A DNA stretch of 64,000 nucleotides, from assembly GCF_009914755.1 (NCBI RefSeq), contig NC_060928.1. The stretch is one strand, 5' to 3'. Below the pieces are notes generated by a model. The model was not told the origin of the DNA, ran no database searches, and saw only the letters and a list, made by a program, of their open reading frames with translations. Source of the stretch: the human T2T-CHM13v2.0 reference genome, Homo sapiens. Position 1 is the first letter of the stretch. Each line of letters starts with the position of its first letter. A program made the translations under genes and the position numbers. Positions 1 to 15,444 of the stretch are shown piece after piece.

Positions 1-467
1 CACTAGAGGAATTAAAGACACACACACAGAAATATAGAGGTGTGAAGTGGGAAATCAGGGGTCTCACAGCCTTCTGAGCTGACAGCCCCAAACAGAGATC
101 TACCCACGTATTTATTAACAGCAAGCCAGTCATTAACACTGTTTCTACACACATTAAATTAACTAAAAGTATCCCTTATGGGAAACGAAGGGATGGGCCG
201 AATTAAAGGAATAGGTTGGGCTAGTTAACTGCAACAGGAACATAAGGCACAAATAGCTCAAGCTATTGTTTGTAGCTTAAGAATGCCTTTAAGCAGTTTT
301 CCGCCCTGGGCAGGCCAGGTGTTCCTTGCCGTCATTCCCATAAACCCACAGTCTTCCAGCATGGGCGTTATGGCTATCATGAACATGTCACAGTGCTGCA
401 GAGATTCTGTTTATGGCCAGTTTTGGGGCCAGTTTATGGCCAGATTTTGGGGGGCCTGCTCCCAACA
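1..467 (-). mobile_element. MER9 LTR (HERVK9/HML-3 family), cut by window start
   Basis: Reverse complement of 421-467 reads TGTTGGGAGCAGGCCCCCCAAAATCTGGCCATAAACTGGCCCCAAAA, the MER9 5' end; no internal ERV sequence on the right. Confidence 0.88.
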
Positions 468-1419
468 CAGTCTCTAATTTTGGTGAGGCCTAGGAAACAT
501 GAGAGTAAAGATAGTGGTAATGGGTTCAGATAAATAAGGTAGAGAGGTGAGAATTGGATTGGAAATACATCTCTGCAGCTATCCTTGCACAACAGTGACC
601 CCCAAATTAATGTAATCACAACTTTCCCCCTTCCTCTACTTTGCCAGGGAAACAGGTCTTTGTGACTAGGAGAGTCACCAGGCCTGGGTCTTTTGTTGCA
701 TTGATTTGAGGTACAGGATGAGTTGAAGAACAAGAAGAATCACACAGCTAATGTAATCTGTACTAAGGGAAGAAGAAAGAACAGGAGGTAGGTGAGGAGA
801 GGAAAGAAGAGATCCAGAGAAGACAGTGTGAGAGACAAGAGCCAACTGGGATGTTTTGTAGTGGAGGAGTCCTTTGAGGTGGATGTTTTGTGATTCCTCA
901 GTGCCCTTCTTTGAGCAAGGCATGTGAGAAGTCCTCCTCAGTGTGTCACCTGAGATATCCTATTTCATTGAATCTAGGATGCCATTTCTCATAAGGGACA
1001 TTATTATTTTATCTATTGATAAAATATAGAATTGAAAGAAAAAGAGATGGGGAAAAGATTTTTATTTCCTGCTTCGTACTGTATAAAAGAGACTATAGGC
1101 ATTTTAAAGGAATTTTTAAGAAACTTGTTATTTTTTTATTGTTTTTAGCACTTTTTAATAGGATATTAGACAGGTGTTTGGGGCTTTTGTGTTTTTTGTT
1201 TGTTTTCAAGTGACTAAGTGCAGAGATTAACTTAAAGGCAGCTAAGTTTTACATAGTTATATTTAACTACCTAGAGCTTTCTTCAACATTAATAAATACA
1301 GATTTTTCAGATGCCTCTTCCCATCTCCCTTTCTGGTACCAAGTTGAAAAAAGCATTAGTGGGGACCCCAAATAATGATAATATCTAATATTTTTTAACA
1401 CTTTGACTTAAGATTTTTA

Positions 1420-1610
1420 AAATGAATGAACTCATTTAATTTTTACAACAACTCTGTAAGAAGATAGAGTTTATTATCACTATTGAACATAGTGAGCTTA
1501 GTAATTGCCCAAGCTTATATAACCAATAAGTGGCAGAGCTGGGATTCACATGCAGTCATTCTGGATCTAGCATCCATGTTCTTAATTGCCATATTCTACT
1601 GCCTCACACT
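1420..1610 (-). mobile_element. MIR SINE fragment
   Basis: Degenerate MIR core (cttagtaattgcccaag...aagtggcagagctgggattc). Confidence 0.65.
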
Positions 1611-2052
1611 TTAAAAACACACCATGTTTTCCATAAAAGGAAGCCACTTATTACTCCTCCACATAAATAAAGTCAATTGCACTATGACTTTATGCCGTAT
1701 ACTTCAGTAAGCAGATATACACCCAAAAGCCTAGTATAATAAGAAAAACAACAACTTTTAAGCCAACTGATCATTGAAACATGCACAGATAAAAAGAATA
1801 TTATTAGACAAAGTGAAGACTGGATTTCTTACAACTATAGTTGTTTTATCCTGGAAACTAAAGAGCAAGTAAATCAAGAAACACAGTTACAGTTATTTGG
1901 AGGAAAAAATAAAGACTAAAAGACACTGGTAAGAAAGTTGCAAAGATTGAAGATTCTCTTCATTTGACATCAAATTATGCAAATCATATGCAAACTATGC
2001 AAATCTGCATGAAGATAGGAAGAATCTGTGTTTGTTTTCTTTCATTAAGCCT

Positions 2053-2652
2053 TATGTAAACACAGCTCTGGGAGCAATTCCTTCCATTGGCTTGATGAGA
2101 AGAGAGGGTAATGTAAAGAGGACTTTGTTTTGCAACTTGGATACCAGCTCAGCCACAGTAGAAATAGGCACTAGAATAGGGTAGAGTCCTGTGGCCTCCA
2201 TTCCAGGCCCTAGCTCTTGGACAATATTTCTAGACACCCTGGCTCAGAAGGGAACCCACTGTCTTGAAGGCAAGGACTCAGTTCTGGCAGAATCCATTAT
2301 CTGCTGACTAAAAAGCCCTTAAGTTCTAAATAGTCAGCGGTGGTAGGCATGGGACAGTACTCCTTATGGGCCTTGTTGGTAAGACTCAGAGCTGTGCTGG
2401 CTTCAGGTGTGTCCCAGCACACTCCCAGCTGTGATGGCTATGGGAGACGTCCCTTCACCTTGAGAAAAGAAGAAGGAAGAATAAAAGGGACTTTGTTTTG
2501 CAGCTTGGGAACCAGCTCAGCCACAGAGGAAGAGAGCACCAAGTGGGCTCCTGGGGTCCCTGATTCCAGTCCTTAGCTCCTGGACAGCATTTCTGGACCT
2601 GCCCTGGGCTAGAGGGGAACCCACTTCCCTGAAGGGAGAAACTCAGGACTGG
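2053..2652 (+). mobile_element. L1M 5' UTR fragment with two related ~370-bp-spaced units
   Basis: Motif ggactttgttttgca.cttgg..accagctcagccacag occurs at ~2120 and ~2488, typical of L1M1/L1MA 5' end repeats. Confidence 0.7.
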
Positions 2653-2794
2653 TTCTCTGTTGGTTGGGAACAGACATGAGCCATTTTGACTGAATGTGGA
2701 GTCTCTGGACTACTGGTAAATTAGCTAGAGATTACCAACACATAGGGATGTCCCCATGCTGATATTCAGCCAGAGAAGCTTGGCACCTAAGAAG

Positions 2795-5700
2795 GAAAAC
2801 TGACAAAGCTTTAGCCAGACTAGCAAAAAAAAAAAAAAAAAAAAAGAGAAACAATACAAAAATATAAAATCAGAGATGAAAACAGAAATATTACAACTGA
2901 AACCATAGAAATTCAAAGGATCATTAGAAGCTACTATGAGCAACTACATGCCAATAAAGTGGAAAACCTACAAGAAACATGAATTCCTAGACACATACAA
3001 ACTGCTAAGATTGAACCATGAATAAATCCAAAACCTGAATAGACCAATAACAAGTAATAGACCAATATCAAAGCTGTAATAAAAAGTCTCCCAGCAAAGA
3101 AAAGTCTGGGACCCAATGACTTCATGGCTGAATGTTAGCAAACATTTAAAGAACCGACGCCAATCCTACTCAAACTATTCCAGAAAAAATAGAGTAGGAG
3201 GGAATACTCCCAAACTCGTTCTACAAGGCTAGTATTACCCTGATTAAAAAAAAAAAAATCAAAAAAAGAAAACTACAGGCCAATATCCCTGCTGAACACT
3301 GATGCAAAAAATCCTCGACAAAACACTAGCCAACAGAATTCAGTAACACATTAGAAAGATTATTCACTATGATCAAGTGGGATTTATCCCAAGGATGCAA
3401 AGATGGTTCAACATATGCAAATCAATGTGATATATCATATTGACAGAATAAAGGACAAAAACATTCATTTCAATTGATGCTGAAAAAGCATTTGATAAAA
3501 TTCAACACCGCTTCCTGATAAAAAACCCTCAAAAAACTGAGTATAGAAGGAACGTACTTTAACACAATAAAAGTCATATATTACAGACCCTCTAACTAGT
3601 ATCATACTGAATGGGGAAAAACTGAAAGCCCTTCCTCTAAGATCTGGAACAAGACAAGGATCCTCACTTGCATCACTGTTATTCCACACAGCTGTGAAAG
3701 CCCTGGCTAAAGCAGTCAGACAAGAAAAAGAAATAAAGTGCATTTAAATTGAAAAGGAAGAGGTCAAATTATCCTTCTTTGCAGATGAAAAATATTATAT
3801 TTTGAAAAAAACTAAAGATTCCACCAAAAACTATTATACCAGGTAAAAAAAAAAAATTAGTAAAATTACAGGATACAAAATCAATGTACAAAAATCCGTA
3901 GCATTTCTATATGCCAGCAGCAAATAATCTGAAAAATAAACCAAGAAAGTAATTCCATTTACAATAGCTGTAAGTAAAATAAAATACCTAGGAATAAACT
4001 TAAAGAAGTGACAGGTCTCTACAATGAAAACCATAAAACATTGATAAAAGAAATTGAAGAGGACATACCAAATAAAGGGAAAGATATTCCATGTTCATGG
4101 ATTGGAAGAAACAATATTATTAAAATGTCCATACTACCCAAAGCAATCTACAGATTCAGTGCAATTGCTATCAAAATACCAATGACATTTTTTAAGTAAA
4201 TAGAAGAACGATCCTAAAATTTATATGAAACCACAAACACTCACAATAATCAAAACTATCCTGAGCAAAAAGAACAAAACTGGAGGAACCACATTACCTG
4301 ACTTCAAATTATACTACAGAACTACAGTAACAAAACAGCATGGTACTGGGTGGCATAAAAACAGACATGTAGACCAATGAAACAGAATACAGAACCCAGA
4401 AATAAATCCATACATTTACAGTTGACTTATTTTGGACAAAGGTGCCAAGAACATACATTGGAAAAAGGACAGTGTCTTTAATAAATGATACAGGGAAAAC
4501 TGGATATCCATATGTAGAATGAAACTAGACCCAATATCTCTCGCCATATATAAAAATCAAATCAAAATGGATTAAAGATTTAAATCTAAGACCTCAAACT
4601 ATGAAGCAACTACAAGAAAACATTGGGGAAACTCTCCAGGACATTGGTCTGGGCAAAGATTTCTTGAGTAATACACCATAAGCACAGGCAACCAAAGCAC
4701 AAATAGACAAATGGAATTATATCAAGTTAAAAAGCTTCTGTACAGCAAAGGAAACAATAAATAAAGAGACAACCCACAGAATGGGAGAGAATATGTGTAA
4801 ACCATCCATCTGACAAGGGATTAATAACCAGAATATATAAAGAGCTCAAACAACTCCATAGAAAAAAAAATCTAATAATCCAATTTTTTTAATGGACAAA
4901 AGACCCGAATAAACATTTCTCAAAAGAAGACACATGAATGGTCAACAGGTACCTGAAAAAATGCTCAACATCATTAATCATCAGACAAATGCAAATCAAA
5001 ACTACAATTACGTATCATCTCACCCTAGTTAAAATGTCTTTTATCCAAAAGACAGGATATAATGAATGCTGGTGAGAATGTGGAGAAAAGGGAATCCTTG
5101 TACACTGTTGGTGGGAATGTAAATTAGTAAAAGCACTATGGAAAAGAGTTTGGAGTTTACTCAAAAACTAAAAATAGAGCTATCTCATATGATCCAGCAA
5201 TCCCACTGCTAGGTATACATCCAAAAGAAATCAGTATATGGAAGAGATATCTGCACTCCCATGTTTATTGTAGCACTATTTACAATAGCAAGATTTGGAA
5301 GCAACCTAAGTATTCATCAACAGAAGAATGGATAAAGAAAATGTGATATATATACACAATGGAGTACTGCTTAGCCATAAAAAAAAATAAGATCCTGTCA
5401 TTTGCAACAACATGGATGGACCTGGAGGACATTATGTTAAGTGAAATAATCCAGGCACAGAAAGACAAACTTCACATATTCTCACTCATCCATGGGAGGC
5501 AAAAATGAAAACAACTGAACTCATGGACGTAGAGAGTGGAAGGATAGTTACCAGAGGCTGGGAAGGATAATGGGAGCTGGGCAGGGGAAGTGAAGGTGGT
5601 TAATGGGTATGAAAATAGTTAGATAGAATGAATAAGATATGCTATTTGATAGCACAATAGGGTGACTACAGTAAATCACTTATCGTACATTTAAAACTAA

Positions 5701-5885
5701 CTAAAAGAGTATAATTGGATTGTCTGTAATACAAGGAAAGGAGAAATGCTTGAGGTGATGGACACCCCATTTACCCTGATGTGATTATTACACATTGTAT
5801 GCCTGCATCAAAATATCTCATGTACCACATAAATATGTACACCTATGTACCCATAAAAATTAAAAATAAATTTTAAAAAAGAAAA
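2795..5885 (+). mobile_element. L1MA (L1MA2-4-like) LINE, degraded ORF2 RT region plus 3' UTR
   Basis: ORF2 remnants (e.g. [26 protein letters not shown]), many stops and frameshifts, L1MA 3' end (ttaccctgatgtgattattacacattgtatgcctg...) and A-rich tail. Confidence 0.93.
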
Positions 5886-7059
5886 TTTTGTAATCCTTTC
5901 ATCACAATGGTAATTTAAAAATGGTTTTTATGTGCCTTCTAGGACTCTCTACTTCCAGATCTCCAGCCCTTATACAATATGCCATTGCTCCTTTGCATTG
6001 GTGCTAAAAGCCAAAAGTATTATTTACATCAAAAGTTATGTATGTTACATCAGAATTGGTATCATTAAATTCAAAAGACTCAATCGGACCATGAGTACAC
6101 CCTAATCCATGTGCCAATGAAAGTGATTTATAACAAACTCTAATGCTCAGGATAAAAAATTCCCAAGTATTTGATTATCTGAGGTAATTTGCATTGGCTA
6201 ACTACTTAGGAACAACTATTTTGACCCTACATTATTCTCACTTCAGATGAAAACCATTATAGAAAAAAGCCCACTCTTCAACCTATTCTGGTAACATAGA
6301 ACAGCTATTTCATTGCCATTTCTGTTGAGTCTATAATCCTCGAGATAAATGAAAAAGAATTCCAATTCCTCAAACTAAGTAGAAAAGTAGATGCATAGAA
6401 AATATGGTAAGCATGGAGAAAGCCAACTAAAAGGGCCTAAAAAGATTTCTGCTAGTTATCTCTTTAGAAAGAAAATCCACTAAGGATAATGGAGCTGCAT
6501 AGATAAATAAAATATGATTTCTGCCTTAAATCTCCTCAGACTTTTAAACTTTCAGTTGGAATCCAAGATATGAAATTTTAGATTTATCAAAGCATATATA
6601 GTATCAGTGGGGGGTGGAGAGGGAGATCCTTAAAAAAGGCCCAGCAATTCTTTATTAATCAGAGTAAATAAACTATCCTATTCTCAGTGAATATAATATG
6701 TCCTATCCTTTATTGACAGGAGAAAATCCTGCTTGCCACTCAAGCTCTTTTAAAAAATATGATGGGGAAGTAAACTGAATCTACTGGGTGACATCTATAA
6801 AATATTAGCATTGTAAGAGACTACAGAGAATTTGTTCAACTGCCTCATTGGTCAGATAAGGAAACAAGAGGAATAAGACCCAGAGAAGTTATTTTTGTCA
6901 CAGTTACGTAGTGACAATGGAATAAGGACCAAACCTGATACCAATTTTTTACTTATTATGCCAAATAATTTTCACCTAAGGACTTCAATTATTTATGCTT
7001 TCCTAGACCCAACTTAAAAATAATTGGCTACTGACCACATATTCCCATTCCCTTAAAAT

Positions 7060-7612
7060 TAGCAAGTAATATCTGATCATAGATTACTTCCAGAGCAATC
7101 TTCCCCAATATATTGATAATCATGTCACTTCTCTGCTTTAAAAATCATTTTATTCCCAGTGGATAAATTCCAACATAGGTTCTTTCATGACATAATCACT
7201 CAGCCTAGACTTCCACATCTTCCACTTCATACCTTATATTCCAGGAACGCCAAACTGCTTGTAGTTTCCAAAATGAGAAAGATTGTTTGACCCTGCCTTG
7301 CTTTGCACAGGTTCCTCCCTCCACCTGACAAACTATTCTCCCACTTGTTTTCAGGAAGAACTTCTATTCATCCCTTAAAGCACATCTCCCAAAGACTACC
7401 CATTCTACCTTTCAGGATGAAATTAATCACAGCTTCCCTTGTACTTCCAACATTGCTCTGCTGTTAAACGAATCACATCACTCAGCAATTATCTCTATCT
7501 CCATCTACTGGACTGTGACTCTTTAAGGGGATAGTCTATAGCTTTGCATCTCTACATTTCCAGCTTTGACTACATAAGACATATTTAATAAATATTTGTT
7601 GAATTAAATGAG
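7060..7612 (+). mobile_element. L2 LINE 3' fragment
   Basis: Pyrimidine-rich L2 body ending in aataaatatttgttgaattaaatga. Confidence 0.7.
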
Positions 7613-8632
7613 TGGGGTGGGGGCTAAAATAAGTGCAATTGTTTCTGTCTCCTTTTGTTTATAAGAGAGAGATCTGTTCAAAATACAGTTGACAACAATC
7701 AAGGAAATGTGGTAAAGCTGAAGATTACCACTTGCAATTATTACTTGTTTTGAATTAGCAGAAAAATGTTTGAAACCTGATTTTGGAAAAGGAGCTACAG
7801 CACGGAGAACAATTCATACTCAATGTGCATTGATTTCAGCAGGATTTTTGAAAGAGAAGCTTTCTTGGAACAGGTGACCTTTATTACCACTTTGCTTTAA
7901 TTGCAAATACTTATAGTACTTTATGCCTATTAATTTGTCAGCCCTGCCAGGAGCAAAGCCAAGAAACCACAACAAAAGAAAAATAAACCTTTAAATGCAG
8001 GCAATAAAGAACTGGCTCTAAGTAACAATTACCTTGGGTAATGCAGAAACACTAAGTAGCCAGCACAATTCACTAAATAAATTTCATTCTTAATTATAGA
8101 AAATAAGGATGGCAAAATAAAAACTTCATCATTCATTGTAATTTGTAGGAATCCAAAGGGAAGTATAGATTGCTTCATTTTATTTATTGAGTAGAACAGT
8201 TCAGCTTCACCTAGGCAATCACACCCGGCAGAAAGGACCTTGCCTGTTTGTTCGTAGCAATATATGTGCAACCAAGGGGCAGAGGATCCAGACATAAACT
8301 GCCAAGAAATTTCTCTCCAGTCATTCTAGAGGTCATTTCAATGATAGCAAGTCGATGCAACTGAAGAATTATTTGGCTAGTGTCTAATTCTTCCAGAAAA
8401 TTGACTGGATGCAAACTTGGCATCAATAAAATATTTGGAGTTTCCATAAGGCTTTGATGTTGCAGTATGGCAGAAGATAAATATTCAAAGAATACAACTA
8501 TTACCCTGGAAGTCAAAGTTCATGTGAGTTCCTGACCCTGGTGTTTCAAATCCACTGACTGGCCATGAAATCAAGTACCTACTCCTGGAGGCAGAGAAAA
8601 GGGAGATGATAAAGGCAATGTTTAATCCTATC

Positions 8633-9006
8633 TGTCTTAGTCTGTGCTGCTATAATAAAAAATACCTGAGACTGGGTATTTTATAAACAACACAAATTAA
8701 TCTCTCATAGTATGGAGGCTGGGAAGTCTAAGGTCCAAGGCACTGGCAGGTTTAGTGTCTGGTGAGGGCCCAGTCCTTGCTTCCAAGATGGCGCCTTGAA
8801 TACTTTATCCTCACATAGCAGAAGTGGTGGAAAGACAAAAAAGAGTTTCACCTAGGTCTCTCCAATCCTTTTATCAAGTGCTAATCCCATCCATGAGTTG
8901 GAGCCCTCAATGCCCTAATCACCTCCTAAAGGTCTCGCCTCATAATACTGTTGCATTGAGGATTAATGTGAATTTTGGAGTGAATACAAACATTAAAACC
9001 ATAGCA
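8633..9006 (-). mobile_element. MaLR LTR (MLT1A/MST class)
   Basis: tgtcttagtctgtgctgctataa...ggaggctgggaagtctaagg...ttccaagatggcgcc...accatagca. Confidence 0.85.
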
Positions 9007-9092
9007 CCAGCCAGTTAAACAGTTCAGGAATGAAAGAAGAGATTCCCTAAAGAAAAATTGGATGCTATTAAAATAAAAGAGAAGGGGGGAAT

Positions 9093-9177
9093 GGGTTGGG
9101 CATTGTGGCTCACGCCTGTAATCCCAGCACTCTGGGAGGCCGAGGCAAGCAGACTGCTTGAGCTCAGGAGTTCAAGA
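9093..9177 (+). mobile_element. Alu left-arm fragment (truncated)
   Basis: gtggctcacgcctgtaatcccagcactctgggaggccgaggc...aggagttcaaga, then similarity stops. Confidence 0.9.
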
Positions 9178-9334
9178 ATGGAGGAACGGACACAGGGCAG
9201 GTAAGAATACAAGGTGTACATTTCAGATGTAAGAAAGTTAAGAACTGCTAAATGTAGGCCAGAGAATAAAGATACAACAACATACTCAAGTACTTCAACT
9301 CTGCCAAAATAATTTGTAGATTTATCCCATGAGT

Positions 9335-9490
9335 GTCAGGAAAACAGAACTAGGACCAAAGGTAGAATATCAAAGAAGCAGCTTCAACTTAAAATAAGGA
9401 AGAACTTTATCACAAAAGGAGATGTTTAAAAATAAGTAGGTTGCCCTGGCAGGGAGTCGGGTCCCCATGACTGAAAGAGACAAGCAGAGA
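9335..9490 (+). mobile_element. L3/CR1 LINE 3' fragment
   Basis: agaactaggaccaa...aaaataaggaagaacttt...gttgccctgg...tccccatgactg resembles the CR1/L3 3' end. Confidence 0.6.
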
Positions 9491-10214
9491 TTCTTCTTCT
9501 GACACTTCTGCCTAGGGCCCACCTCTCTCATTTTAAGAGGAAATTTTTGCTCTGCCTTCTCTTCTTACCCTTAGATGCTCCACCCTATGGGAGGGGGAGA
9601 AATTCCATGTCATGTTTAGACAAGGTTCTCTTGAGGCTCCCTCCCTTTCAGAGCTGCCTGAACACAGATCACATCCATTCTCCCCCATTTCTGTCTCCTC
9701 TTTGTGGGAATGCATCCCAGGACAGATCCTGGCCTTACAGGGGTAGAAAGACTTGTCATTATTTAGCTGTATAGTCTACATCTAAGTGAGTGGGTTCAAT
9801 CCAGGGTATAAGAAAGCAGAAACCCACTTTGAACATAAGATTCTGAATCAACTTTGCCTGCATTATAGTCAATGTTTGAGTCTTATCTAACTTTTCTATG
9901 TATACCTCAAGTGGATCACAATTTAAAAGGAAGAGAGAGAGTGATTAATTGGCTTCCTTAGGCTCTTAACATTTCTTAGAAGGGATTCCAATATGGAATC
10001 CAAACAGCATGTTTGGAATGGGAATGTTGTTTGGATAGTCCACTAGCATTCTTCCCAATCTATGATACAAGTTAGATAAAGCAACAAAGGTCACTGACAA
10101 TAGTTGGTAATTATCAGCACATATTTATACTTCAGAAATAATCTGAGACTTTCACTTGATGGCAGGCCACTAGAAAATCTAGCACCCTGCTTGTATTAAG
10201 AACTGACACTGATT

Positions 10215-10360
10215 GCCTCAGGTAGCACGGTCTAATGGAATTCACTGTCCCTAAAAGCAGAAAACCTGACTTCTACTTCACCAAATAATCATATGGCATT
10301 TACCAATTAACCTCTCTGATCCAGTTACTCCTTGTATAAAATAAAATAACAATGATAAGA
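10215..10360 (+). mobile_element. MIR fragment
   Basis: Degenerate MIR 5'/core (ttaacctctctga...tgtataaaataaaataacaatg). Confidence 0.5.
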
Positions 10361-11178
10361 TTTGGCCACAATGTTGGAAAATTTCTTAGTATTTATAAAG
10401 TACTCATAATACGCTAAATGTTAAAAAGAACTTTTAACTTTCAAAAGTAGACAGGTCGTTATATAAAAAAAATGGCATGCTACATTCTCAGACAAAAATT
10501 AGTAGAAAATATGGGAAAATGCAAGCAATGGGCCTAGGATATTCAAAGCATTCTTGGAAAAGAACAAAGCTAGAGGACTTACACTACCTGAATTCAAAAC
10601 TAACTATTAAGCTATAGTAACTAAGATAATGTGTCGCTAGTATAATAATCAACAAACAAATCAATACAACAGAGTAGGGAGACAAAAAATAGAACCATGA
10701 GTTTAGTTTTTGACAAAGATAATCTAACGGGGGCAGAAAAGTCACAACAAATGTTGCTACGAAAACTGGTCATCCATATGCCAGAAAATGAACTTTGACC
10801 TCTACTTCACACCAAATACAAGTATTAATTTGAAATGAATTATACACTAATCATAAAAGTTAAATAATGAGGCTTTTAGAAGAAAAGGTAGGAGAATATC
10901 TTCAGTACTTGGAGATAGACAAATGTTTCTTAGACAAACCTTCCCAATAAAAAATGGGCAAGATTTCAACAGATCTTTTCACTATAGAAGAGCTGTGAAT
11001 GGCCAATAAGCACATAAAAAAGTGTTCAACATAGTAACCATAGAAATCCAAATTTTAAATTTACTAACATCTACCAAGACAGCTAAAATGAAAAGAACTG
11101 ACAGAACCAAGTGTTGACAAGAATATAGGGCAACTGGAATGCTCACATACTGCCAATGGGAATATAAAATAGTACAAG

Positions 11179-11427
11179 CAGTGGTGTGCAGAATCCACCT
11201 GGCTCTCAAGATAAAATTACTTACATCTCTTCCCATCTCAGCCCTCCAATGACTCCACATTGGAAGCTTGAAATTGGCCATGGTGGGAGTTACATGATGG
11301 AATTGGCAATTTAGCATCTGGTATTGGTGGTGGTGATAATCATTGCCATCATTGCCTCCTCCTCCTCCTTCTTGGTCTTCTTCTTTTGGGGGGAGTCTGT
11401 TGATAAGCATTTACCAACACACCACTG
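11179..11427 (+). mobile_element. MER63A hAT DNA transposon
   Basis: TIRs cagtggtgtg...cacaccactg, internal gcttgaaattggccatggtgggagt, degenerate 8-bp TSD agtacaag/gatacagc; internal (TGG)/(CCT)/(CTT) runs. Confidence 0.8.
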
Positions 11428-12133
11428 GATACAGCCACTTTGGGACAATTTATGATTATTTCTTATAAAACTACTTACTCTCTGGTCCAGGATTTCTGCA
11501 GAAAGAATTTTGCAAGAATGTTCATAGCAGCTTTATTCATAATAGCCCACATTTGAAAAGAGCCCAGGTGTCCATCAACAGGAGAATGGTAAAACATACC
11601 ATGGGACAGTTATGCATGAAGTAGTTTTCAGCCATAAAATCAAATATAGTGCTGAATACTCACTAATAAGGATGAATCTTAAAAACATGCTGAATAAAAC
11701 AAGCTGCACAGAGTATATAGTATATGATTACATTTATATGAAGTCATAGAGCAAGCAAAACTAACCTAAAAAAAAAAAACAGAATAGTAGCTGCCTCTGT
11801 GGGTGAAGAGTGGGGTGGGATTGACTGAGAAGGAGCATAAGAGTATCTAGGGGTAATGATAAAGTTCTGTAACTGTTAGGAACTGTGTGTTTTTATCTCC
11901 CCAGCATTCATATGTTGAAATCTAATCCCCAATGTGATGTATGAATCCTGAAATGGCCAGTTCTTCATGATGAACCCTGAGTGGCTAACTAGGCCTAAAT
12001 TCAAAATGGAAGCAAGTGGCCACCTGCTGACTAGATGTCACACACACACTCTGCATTCCTGAGAAAACCACACACTTGTGTAACTTAGAGACTTCCATAG
12101 CTGTGTGTTCCTGTTTATGCCACCTGAACAAAC

Positions 12134-14092
<1,959 letters not shown>

Positions 14093-14835
14093 TTCTCCCC
14101 TGGAAAGTCTCATTTGGCCACCTGAACTTAACCAATAGACTGTTACCTGCATTCAGTCTTAATGTCAACCAATCAGAAACTGTTACCTGCATTCAATCTT
14201 AATGTCAACCAATCAGAACTAAACAAGTTTGCATCCCTCATTTGCATAGCCAACTGGAGTAAGAAACTGGGTGGCAACTTTTTCTATAAAGGACAACTCT
14301 TCTGTTTGTTCTCGCCTGTCTTTGTTTTGTAGCAAAGGCTGCCTCTCCCTGGTTTGTAAACTGCTTGCTGGAATAAAGACTCTTTAAAAAAAAAAATCCT
14401 TTCAGTGGTTTCATTAACAGAAGGTGTTTGGAGGTGGTAATTTGGAAGGTAATTCGGTCATGAGGGTGAAGCACTCATGAATGGGATTAGGGGCCTTATA
14501 AGAAGAAGGGTAGCTAGTTTTCTCTCTGTGTATCATTTGAAGCTGCAGCCAGAAATCTGCAGTCTGCAACCAGGAAGTGGGCCCTCACCAGAATCTGACC
14601 ATGCTGGCAACCTGATCTCAGATTTCCAGTCTCCACAACTGTGAGAAATAAATTTCTGTTGTTTATAAGCCTCCTAGTTTATGATACTTTGTTATAGCAC
14701 CCCAAGCTAAGACTGTAACTTAATAGGAATTTGGCTTAAATCAGTACAAGCATTTGTCCAAGCTCAGCAAAAATACACTTAAGATTTGGGGATTTCACTG
14801 CATTACCACAAAAGAAAAAAATATAACAAATATTG

Positions 14836-15156
<321 letters not shown>

Positions 15157-15444
15157 TCATGCTTAAATATTTAGGGGAAATGTACTCAGGTACTCGTGCC
15201 TGCAATTTACTTTGAAATGTATCAAAAAATACGATGGATTGGTGTGTGGACAGGGAGATGAGTAGATGAATAAGTACACAATAAAGCAAGTATAGTATAA
15301 TGTTCATGACAGAATCTAGGACATGGATATGAGTGTTCACTATAAAATTCTTTAATTTTTCTGTATGTTTGAAAATTTTTATATTAAAATGTTAGAGATA
15401 TGTGGATGCCTCCAAATATTGGAGTAAAAGAAAATTTATAGTTT

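Noticed and set aside
959-1010. Possible Tc2/Kanga-type DNA transposon end (tatttcattgaatctaggatgcca)
   Set aside because: Too short and diverged to call without a search.
8025-8300. Minus-strand donor-like site (AAG|GTAATT at ~8031) and 88-aa ORF
   Set aside because: No convincing paired acceptor and no recognisable peptide.
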